A stretch of DNA of 64,000 nt, taken from Candidatus Eiseniibacteriota bacterium (GTDB lineage Bacteria; Eisenbacteria; RBG-16-71-46). The notes below the pieces were generated by a model that did not search any database, was not told the origin of the DNA, and saw nothing but the letters and a program-made list of their open reading frames with translations. Below are positions 19,896 through 27,676 of the stretch, piece after piece; the stretch's first letter is position 1, and each line of letters begins with the position of its first letter. The stretch lies in NCBI GenBank assembly GCA_031366795.1, contig JANLOX010000245.1, positions 1,691-65,690 on the forward strand. Direction: 5' to 3'. The position numbers and the translations under genes are program-made.

Positions 19896-21110
19896 CTATC
19901 GCGTCGCGGCCGCTCCCGCGGCGCGAATGCCGCACAGGTCGAGGATGCGTTCGTAGCATGCGTCGCCATCAAATTCCGTCCGCACGCGGTGGATTGCATT
20001 CGCGCGCAGCGTGGCAATCCGGGCCCCATCGGTCGACAAGCACTCATGCATCGCCAGCGCCAGCGCGGCGGGATCCTCGGGGGGCACGAGCCAGCCTATC
20101 TCCCCGGAATCCACGGCCTCCCCCATCCCGCCGATCCGCGTGACGATGGGAACGCAGCCGGCCGCCATGCCCTCGAGGAGCGCAAGTGGCAGACCTTCGA
20201 ACCGGCTTGAGAACAGAATCACGTCGAACGCCGACAGCGCATCGAGCGGACGTGCGACGGGGCCCACGAACAGGGCGCGGCGTCCTAACCCAAGTTCACT
20301 CGCCAGCGCAGCGAGGGAGTCGTGATCGGGCCCCTCGCCCGCGATCACCAAAGTGAATGCGCGTGAACCCCCGAGGTCCGCCGTCCGGCGCGCGGCCTCA
20401 AGAGCCAGATCGATACCCTTGACTCCGGTGAGCCGGGTCATCATCCCGAAGACGAATGTCTTGGAGTCGACGCCGTGGGCCGCGCGAAATTGCGACCCGG
20501 CGTCGTCGTCGCGCTGGAAATCATGCCAGCGCACGCCATTGCGCACCACGACGATGTCGTCTGGGGACGCATCCCAATCGCGCACGAGACGGTCGCGTAC
20601 CTTCGAGCTGACGGCGATCACCAGATCGGCGCAACGCGCGGCGTCCTGCTGGCGGTGCTTGCGGCGGCGCCACGCCAGGCCGAGGCTCGGGAGGAAGCCG
20701 AACAATGGCCGCTCGCGCGCAGCGGGCTTAGGGGGAGCCTCGAGATGTTCGATGAACACGACGCTCTTGAACTTCTTGCGGAACGCACGCAGCAGCGGCA
20801 ACTGCCCGTGATAGAAGTGTCCCTTGGGGAAGATCAAGAGTTCGCTGCGCAGCGATTCGAGCACGCGTTTCCACTCGCCCATGTCCACCGGCTGCTCGGG
20901 AGTGATCCCCGGCAGTTCCGTCGGAATCACGCGCACGCTTGGCCCCAGTCCACGTGCCGCCACCCACTCCGTATAGGGATCGAATCGGTTGGCGACGACC
21001 TCAATCGTGGCGCCGCGGCGCACCAGCGCTTCGATCAGGCCGAACGTATGCACCACCGAGCCACCGAACGCCTCCGCTTCCGTGATGATCGCGACATTGC
21101 GGCGTGGCAT
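19896..21110 (-). CDS. glycosyltransferase family 4 (GT-B, retaining)
   Basis: EX7E region FEGLPLALLEGMAAG. Start 3 nt downstream of the GT2 stop. Confidence 0.8.
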   Translation of the reverse strand: MPRRNVAIITEAEAFGGSVVHTFGLIEALVRRGATIEVVANRFDPYTEWVAARGLGPSVRVIPTELPGITPEQPVDMGEWKRVLESLRSELLIFPKGHFYHGQLPLLRAFRKKFKSVVFIEHLEAPPKPAARERPLFGFLPSLGLAWRRRKHRQQDAARCADLVIAVSSKVRDRLVRDWDASPDDIVVVRNGVRWHDFQRDDDAGSQFRAAHGVDSKTFVFGMMTRLTGVKGIDLALEAARRTADLGGSRAFTLVIAGEGPDHDSLAALASELGLGRRALFVGPVARPLDALSAFDVILFSSRFEGLPLALLEGMAAGCVPIVTRIGGMGEAVDSGEIGWLVPPEDPAALALAMHECLSTDGARIATLRANAIHRVRTEFDGDACYERILDLCGIRAAGAAATR

Positions 21111-21113
21111 GTC

Positions 21114-22205
21114 TCAGCGCGCTCCTGGAGCCGCGAAAGCGCGGGCTTCCGCGCGCGGCCACATCGCGAAGGGGGCAGCCACCAAGCCGAGCAGGACGCC
21201 GCGTGACTGTGCGCGACGGCGGAGAGCAGCTTCGCAGTCTTCGCCCGCGTGCTGCCTCCAACGCGCGGGCTGCGACAACACCAGTCGCACGAGCCGGCGC
21301 AACGCCACGCCATCGCCGCACAACACGTGCTTCACGAGATGACCTGAGAGTCCCTTGCCGTAGCTGAATTCCATGTGGCACACCTGCTCGATCTGTGTCC
21401 GGTCGTGATCGTGATGCACCAGGATGTTCGGGGCATAGCGCTGCGTGTACCCAGCCCTTAGCGCGCGATAGAACAGGTCTACTTCCTCGGCCCCGGCGAA
21501 CCAGGCGCCGGCCCCGAGGCGTGTGTCGAATCCGCCCACGCGTCCGAACACTTCGCGCCGGAACGCCATGTTGGCGCCGATCACGAAACTGCCGCTCGCG
21601 GGAAAGGCGAACTCCTGACGCTCCATCGAGGGCTGGTAGGACACCTTCTGCAATCCTCCGTGCGCGAGCAGGACGCGTCCCCCGAGCATGCCGAGCTGGG
21701 GGCTGCTAGCGAACTCTGCCGCGATCTGGTCGAGCCAGCCGGGATCTGGGCGCACATCGTCATCGGTGAACACGATGATTTCACCCCGCGCCGCAGCGAG
21801 CGCGGCATTGCGCGCGTGCGACAGGCCGGATTGGGCCTCGTGCACGTAGCGCACTTGCGGGTGTGCCACGGCACAGGTCTCGATCACCTCGCGCGTCGCG
21901 TCGTTCGAGCCGTTGTCGACGACGATCAGCTCGTGGGCGTAGTCGCCGGAGAAGCGCTGCTCGAAGTACTGCCGGAGGGTGATGGCGAGCGATGCCGCGC
22001 GGTTGCGCGTGCAGAGAGCCACGCTGATCAGCACGAGTTCCCTCCCGTGGGCGCCATCCTGACTTCGAGCCGGCCTGCAATCCGCAGCATGTGCAAGCTC
22101 CAAGCCCGCAGGGTCTGCTGGGTCGATTGGCGCAGCCGCTAGGGTGAAACGCAGCGGCGGGTCGCCAATATCCCGCCGTGAGGCGGGTGGAGCATGCATG
22201 CACAT
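21114..22205 (-). CDS. glycosyltransferase family 2
   Basis: ISVALCTRNRA...VVDNGSNDAT...FTDDDV GT-A motifs. Start uncertain (ATG 22205/22199, or further upstream to 22376). Confidence 0.65.
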   Translation of the reverse strand: MCMHAPPASRRDIGDPPLRFTLAAAPIDPADPAGLELAHAADCRPARSQDGAHGRELVLISVALCTRNRAASLAITLRQYFEQRFSGDYAHELIVVDNGSNDATREVIETCAVAHPQVRYVHEAQSGLSHARNAALAAARGEIIVFTDDDVRPDPGWLDQIAAEFASSPQLGMLGGRVLLAHGGLQKVSYQPSMERQEFAFPASGSFVIGANMAFRREVFGRVGGFDTRLGAGAWFAGAEEVDLFYRALRAGYTQRYAPNILVHHDHDRTQIEQVCHMEFSYGKGLSGHLVKHVLCGDGVALRRLVRLVLSQPARWRQHAGEDCEAALRRRAQSRGVLLGLVAAPFAMWPRAEARAFAAPGAR

Positions 22206-22469
22206 GGTGAGCGTGACGCGCCATCCTAATGCGATGGCGTTGCTTGGGCCAAGCCCCGCGTTCCGGTGGCGCATGGCACCGACTATGCAGTGTAGGGGTA
22301 CGAGACCTCGAAGGGTGCCATGCGTCCGCAGGGTCGACAGGCGTCCTGCCCTCGCGGCAAGGCGCACCTGTTGCATCCTGCGAACGGCAACTCCTCCTTG
22401 CCCCGGTTCGCAGGTCGGATCGTCCGATGCCTGATCAACCTGCCCGCAGTTCCAGAGGGGAATGCTTTC

Positions 22470-25400
22470 GTGCAGCGACGCTTGAGTAACGGGTGCCTTG
22501 CGGTTGTGGTGAGTCTCATGGTGCCTGCCTTAGCCGCGGCGGCCACCGTGCCGCCCCAGTTCGTCGATGAGAACATCGCTCCAGGATCGACGTTCACCGA
22601 CCCCACCGCGATCGCCTACCTGCCCGGGGGCCGGCTGCTCGTCGCGGAGAAGCGCGGCCGCGTCTACTCGATCACGCAGGGCGTCAAGAGCGCGAACCCC
22701 CTGTGGTCGCGCGAGAACGAAGTGATGAATGACGGCGACCGCGGCCTGCTGGGTCTCGCGGTCGATCCCAACTACGCCACCAACCACTACATCTACCTGC
22801 TGTACTCGGTCGACCCTGATTCGGACGGCGTCGACACCGCCCCCACGGACGACTTCGGCCGGCTCACGCGTTATCGCATCAGCTTCACCGACTCCACGAC
22901 CGTCGATGCCGCCTCACGCACAATCCTGATGGGCGTCAGCTGGCGCTATGGCCCCGTTCACTGCTTCAACTCGCATGCGGTGGGATCGCTGCGCTTTGGC
23001 GCAGACGGCAGCCTGCTGGTCTCGGCAGGCGATGGCGCCTCGTGGGCCACGACCGACGCGGGTGGGCTCGATGCGGGTGATTTCGGCGCGAGCGTCAACC
23101 AGACGGATCCCTACCAGGACATCGGTTCGTTCCGGGCGCAGTCGCTGAGCAGCCTCAACGGCAAGGTGCTGCGCATCAATCCCGCCAACGGCGCGGGTTA
23201 CCGCAGCAATCCCTACTTCGACGGCAATCCCTACTCGGTCCGCTCGCGCATCTGGGCGTATGGAATGCGCAACCCGTTCCGCTTCTGCGTCCGCCCTTCC
23301 ACCGGCGTTGCCGACACCTCGGCCGGAAATCCGGGCACGCTGTTCATCGGCGATGTGGGATGGGAGACATGGGAAGAAGTCAATGTGGTCACCGCACCCG
23401 GACCGAATTTCGGCTGGCCCTGCTATGAAGGCAACGGCACCCAGCCCGCGTACCAGGCCGCCAATCCTGCCCACAACGGTTGTGGCAGCAACGGCACCGC
23501 CGACAACCCGGCGATGCAGTCCTCCCCGCTGATGACGTGGCATCACTTGGATGCCGCGCTGGGTTCGCCGGCCGGCTTCGCGGGCAACTGCGTGATCGGT
23601 GGCATGTTTTACACCGCCACGAAATATCCCGCGGTCTATCGCGGCGGTTACTTCTTCGCGGATTTCGGCACCAACTGGATTCGCTGTGCCACGCTCAACG
23701 CCAGCAACCAGGTCGTCTCGGTGAGCGACTTCGCCACCGGCCTCACCGGCCCGGTCGACTTCGCGCCCGATCCCGTGACCGGTGATCTTGTCTACGTTGC
23801 CATCATGACCGGCGAAGTGCGGCGCATCCGCTTCACCGGCATCAATGGCAACGCGCCGCCGGTGGCCATGGGCGTAGCCAGTGTGAGCTACGGCACCTCG
23901 CCTCTGACCGTGAGCTTCTCGAGTGCGGGCACCTATGATCCGGAGGCGCAGCCGGTCACGGTGTCGTGGGCGTTCGGCGATGGTCCCTCGAGCAACATCC
24001 CAAACCCGAGTCACACCTACTTGTCGCCGGGGACTTACGCGGCGGTGCTCACCGCCGACGATGGGCAGGGGGGTGTCGGCCGCGACACCCTCATGATCGT
24101 GGTTGCCGGCTCGACCGCATTCCCTGCCTCCCCAGTGCTCGACTTGTTCAATCGCGCCGATGCCGCCTTGGCAACGCCCTGGACCGGCAACCTTACGGGA
24201 CTCACCGTAACGGCCAATGCCCTCGTCTCGAGCGGCGAATACTCCTCCGCCCTGTGGGGAACCGCCGCCTACGGCGTGAACCAGGAAGCCTACGTGACAC
24301 TCTCCACCGCATCGCCGCTGGCCACCGAGCAGGATCTGTTGCTCAAGGTGCAGGGTGCCGGGCCGGACGACGCCGCGATCGAAGTCTGGTACTCCGCTTC
24401 GTCCACCAGCGTCAACGTACTCACCTTCGCGCTCCAGCAGGGTTGGGTGCAACGCGGCGTGCTGTCTCCCATCAACTTCGGCCCGGGCGACCGTTTCGGC
24501 GCGCGCGCGTTGGCGAATGGCGATCTGCAAGTGTTCAGCGGGCGCGACCTGCTCGGCACGGTGAGCCTCGGCGATTGGCCATTCGCGCGGCGCGGCGGAC
24601 GCATTGGGTGTTCGTTCACCGATGCCGGTGGTTCACGCTTCGACGATTTTGGCGGTGGCGACTCCAACCTCGGCGTCAGCGCCGCGCCCGTCGTACACGT
24701 GCTCATGCCCAATGGCGGCGAAGCATGGACGGGCGGCACGGCCCACGCCATCACATGGAATGCGACGGACGACTTTGGCGTTACCTCGGTCGATGTCGCC
24801 TATCGGGAAGCCGCGAGCCCCGCGTGGCTTCCGCTGTCACTCGGCCAGGCCAACAACGGCAGCTACACGTGGTTCGTCCAGAACACCCCGAGTTCGACCG
24901 TGAAGGTCCGGGTCACCGCGCGCGACGCTTCGGGCAACGCGGGGGTTGATTCGAGCGATGCCGTCATGTCGATTCTCGCGACCCCCGGTGGTCACGTCCC
25001 GACGACCCTGCGCGATTTCCACCAGCCGGGCACGCAACCGCTCGAGGCGGGAACCTTCAGCAGCCACGACGCGTGCTACAGCTGCCATGGCGGCTACAAC
25101 GCCGCGGTGGAACCCGGGCAGGGATTCCGCGGCACCATGATGGCCCAGGCGGCACGCGACCCGCTGTTCTACGCCTGCCTCGCGGTCGCCGAACAGGACG
25201 CGCCGTCGTCGGGCGACCTGTGCATCCGTTGTCACGCTCCGCTCGATTGGCTCGGCGGCCGCAGCCAGCCGACCAGTGGCGCCAACATCTCGACGCTGGG
25301 ACGCGACGGCGTCACCTGCGACTTCTGCCACCGCATGGTGGATCCCATTTACAAGCCCGGCGTCAGCCCGGCGGAGGACCAGACCGTGCTCGCCGGCATG

Positions 25401-26894
25401 CTTCCCGCACATGTGCCCACCAGCCGCTCGAATGGCCAGTATGTGGTCGACGCCAACACACGCCGCCGCGGCCCCTTCACCGACCCCGCGACACCGCACG
25501 CCTTCGTGGCGTCGCCGTTCCATTCATCGAGCGACTTGTGCGCGACCTGCCATGAAGTGTCGAACCCAGTGTTCGCCCGCGCGCACGGATCCAAGTACGT
25601 GGCGGGTCCATTCAATACCCCCGCCGACTCGATCAGCTCGGCGACGCTGATGCCGCTCGAGCGCACCTATAGCGAATGGAAAAACAGCGCATTCCCCACC
25701 GGCGTGTTCGCGCCGCAGTTCGCGGGCAACATTCCCGATGGCACGGTGCGCTCCTGCCAGGATTGCCACATGCGCGACGTGACCGGGCAGGGCTGTGACT
25801 ACGGCACGCCGCCGGTGCGCTCCAACCTGCCGATGCACGACATGATGGGCGGCAATGCCTGGGCGGGCGGCGTCATTGCCTCGATGTTCCCGAATGAAGT
25901 CGATGCCGCTGCGCTGGCCGCGGGTGCGGCGCGTGCGGTGTCGATGCTGCAGAAGGCCGCGACCGTGGATGTCCGCGTGCTGCCGCAGGGGGATAGCCTG
26001 CGCGCCACCGTGGTGGTCACGAACCACACCGGTCACAAGCTGCCGACGGGCTACCCGGAAGGCCGCAGGATGTGGATCCATCTCGTGGCGAAGGATGGCG
26101 CAGGCAACGTCGTCTACCAGTCGGGCGTTTACAACGCGTCGACGGGTGTGTTGGCGCGCGATGCCAAGGCGCGGATTTACGAAGCCGAACTCGGGCTCTC
26201 CCCCGCATTCGCGACGCAGCTGGGCCTGCCGGCGGGACCGAGCTTCCACTTCGCCTTGAACGACACGCTGTATAAGGACAACCGCATTCCGCCGGCGGGT
26301 TTCACCAACGCGGCGTACGATGTGTTCGGTGGCGCGCCGGTGGATCTCGAGGGGCCGACGCCGCGCTACGCCGACAACCAGAACTGGGACATCGCGACCT
26401 ACACGCTGCCCGCCGCCGCGGCCTCGGTGGTGGCGACGCTCTACTACCAGACGACCTCGAAGGAATACGTCGAATTCCTCAAATCGGAGAATACCACCAA
26501 CGCCGCAGGGCAGACCCTGCAGACGGCGTGGACCAGCAACGGCCGCGCGGCGCCGGTGGTGATGGCGAGTGACTCGACACGCACCCAGGTGCTCAGCGTC
26601 ACGGACTCAGCCTTGCCGCGCACCGTGGCGTTGCGCGCGCTGGCGAACCCGTTCCGCGGCCCCCTCAACCTGATGCTGTCGCTGCCGCGCTCCGCCAGCG
26701 TGCGCTTCGAAATCATCGATGTCGCAGGCCGCGTGGTGCGGCGAATGACGCCGCAGCGCGTCGCCGCGGGCGAGCAGCGCCTGAGTTGGGATGGCCGCGA
26801 TGCCGATGGTCACGCCGCCCATCCGGGCGCCTACTGGGCGAGCGTATGGGTGGATGACCAGCGCCTGGTGAAGAACGTCGTTTCATTGCGCTAG
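22470..26894 (+). CDS. secreted fusion protein: soluble quinoprotein-type glucose/sorbosone dehydrogenase beta-propeller + PKD domain + Ig-like domain + pentaheme c-type cytochrome domain + T9SS-type C-terminal sorting domain
   Basis: GTG start with GAGGGG Shine-Dalgarno and a signal peptide. GDVGWETWEEVN...NFGWPCYEG (GSDH). WAFGDGPSSNIPNPSHTY (PKD). CxxCH motifs CYSCH, CIRCH, CDFCH, CATCH, CQDCH at ~25072-25768. Tail ANPFRGPLNLMLSLP...GAYWASVWVDD. Confidence 0.8.
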   Translation: MQRRLSNGCLAVVVSLMVPALAAAATVPPQFVDENIAPGSTFTDPTAIAYLPGGRLLVAEKRGRVYSITQGVKSANPLWSRENEVMNDGDRGLLGLAVDPNYATNHYIYLLYSVDPDSDGVDTAPTDDFGRLTRYRISFTDSTTVDAASRTILMGVSWRYGPVHCFNSHAVGSLRFGADGSLLVSAGDGASWATTDAGGLDAGDFGASVNQTDPYQDIGSFRAQSLSSLNGKVLRINPANGAGYRSNPYFDGNPYSVRSRIWAYGMRNPFRFCVRPSTGVADTSAGNPGTLFIGDVGWETWEEVNVVTAPGPNFGWPCYEGNGTQPAYQAANPAHNGCGSNGTADNPAMQSSPLMTWHHLDAALGSPAGFAGNCVIGGMFYTATKYPAVYRGGYFFADFGTNWIRCATLNASNQVVSVSDFATGLTGPVDFAPDPVTGDLVYVAIMTGEVRRIRFTGINGNAPPVAMGVASVSYGTSPLTVSFSSAGTYDPEAQPVTVSWAFGDGPSSNIPNPSHTYLSPGTYAAVLTADDGQGGVGRDTLMIVVAGSTAFPASPVLDLFNRADAALATPWTGNLTGLTVTANALVSSGEYSSALWGTAAYGVNQEAYVTLSTASPLATEQDLLLKVQGAGPDDAAIEVWYSASSTSVNVLTFALQQGWVQRGVLSPINFGPGDRFGARALANGDLQVFSGRDLLGTVSLGDWPFARRGGRIGCSFTDAGGSRFDDFGGGDSNLGVSAAPVVHVLMPNGGEAWTGGTAHAITWNATDDFGVTSVDVAYREAASPAWLPLSLGQANNGSYTWFVQNTPSSTVKVRVTARDASGNAGVDSSDAVMSILATPGGHVPTTLRDFHQPGTQPLEAGTFSSHDACYSCHGGYNAAVEPGQGFRGTMMAQAARDPLFYACLAVAEQDAPSSGDLCIRCHAPLDWLGGRSQPTSGANISTLGRDGVTCDFCHRMVDPIYKPGVSPAEDQTVLAGMLPAHVPTSRSNGQYVVDANTRRRGPFTDPATPHAFVASPFHSSSDLCATCHEVSNPVFARAHGSKYVAGPFNTPADSISSATLMPLERTYSEWKNSAFPTGVFAPQFAGNIPDGTVRSCQDCHMRDVTGQGCDYGTPPVRSNLPMHDMMGGNAWAGGVIASMFPNEVDAAALAAGAARAVSMLQKAATVDVRVLPQGDSLRATVVVTNHTGHKLPTGYPEGRRMWIHLVAKDGAGNVVYQSGVYNASTGVLARDAKARIYEAELGLSPAFATQLGLPAGPSFHFALNDTLYKDNRIPPAGFTNAAYDVFGGAPVDLEGPTPRYADNQNWDIATYTLPAAAASVVATLYYQTTSKEYVEFLKSENTTNAAGQTLQTAWTSNGRAAPVVMASDSTRTQVLSVTDSALPRTVALRALANPFRGPLNLMLSLPRSASVRFEIIDVAGRVVRRMTPQRVAAGEQRLSWDGRDADGHAAHPGAYWASVWVDDQRLVKNVVSLR

Positions 26895-27214
26895 CCGGCC
26901 GCTCCAAACCCCCGATTGTTGCGTGGGCTTGTTGCGTTGATTTCGTAGCCCCCTGGGTGTGAGCGGCTGTGCTCGTCCGTGAAAGAGTGCGGTTCCATGC
27001 GCGGCGGCAACCCGCGTGTGAACTGGCCGCGCAGCCTGAGCATGGCGCGCAGCGCAGGCCGGGTCAGCGGCAGCGGCTGTAGGAAGCCGAACGAGCGCAA
27101 CCTATCGTCGTCCAGCATGGCACAGATGCCCTAGCGCCAGTCGGGAGTATGAGCCGCGGGGGCATCCCCACCCTTCGCAGGGATGCACCCGCACCCTTCG
27201 CAAAAACAAAGCTT

Positions 27215-27261
27215 TGACGGATCCCGGGTACTGGTGCTAGATTTTCAGCACATGCTGAAAA
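27215..27261 (+). promoter_or_regulatory. sigma-70-like promoter (TTGACG-17-TAGATT) overlapped by an 18-bp inverted repeat operator, TTTTCAGCA(ca)TGCTGAAAA, upstream of blaI
   Basis: -35 at 27215-27220 and -10 at 27238-27243. Perfect palindrome arms at 27242-27261, ~25 nt upstream of the blaI ATG. Confidence 0.45.
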
Positions 27262-27286
27262 AACAACAGTCGATCCGGAGGGGCGC

Positions 27287-27676
27287 ATGAAGGAACTCCA
27301 AACATTGAGCCGCCGTGAGCGTGAGATCATGGACATCGTGTTCGGCACCGGCGCCGCGTGTGCCACCGCCACCGAAGTGCGTGAACGCATGCCCGATGCG
27401 CCGAGCTATTCCGCGGTGCGCGCGACGATGCGCGTGCTTGAGCAGAAGGGCCTGCTCAAGCATGAACACGACGGCAAGCGCTATGTTTACCGGCCGACGC
27501 TGCATCCGCTGAAGGCGCGCAAGAACGCCATCACCCACCTCGTGAACACCTTCTTTGATGGCTCGGCCGCCGGAGCCTTGCTGACGCTGCTCGAACAGCC
27601 CGGCAATGACATCACGCCTGCCGAGTTGGACCGCATGGCGCAATGGATCGATCGCGCGCGAAAGGAAGGCCGCTAA
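27287..27676 (+). CDS. BlaI/MecI/CopY family transcriptional repressor
   Basis: Penicillinase_R-type winged helix (LSRREREIMDIVF...TATEV...YSAVRATMRVLEQKGLL). Stop overlaps the downstream start (TAATG). Confidence 0.85.
   Translation: MKELQTLSRREREIMDIVFGTGAACATATEVRERMPDAPSYSAVRATMRVLEQKGLLKHEHDGKRYVYRPTLHPLKARKNAITHLVNTFFDGSAAGALLTLLEQPGNDITPAELDRMAQWIDRARKEGR

Noticed and set aside
22914-24530. 538-aa ORF antisense to the dehydrogenase-cytochrome fusion gene (similar antisense ORFs at 8605..9945, 18211..19653, 10218..11039, 1300..2073)
   Set aside because: Each lies wholly inside a strongly supported gene on the opposite strand and is R/G/A/P-rich with no recognisable domains. These are high-GC artefacts.
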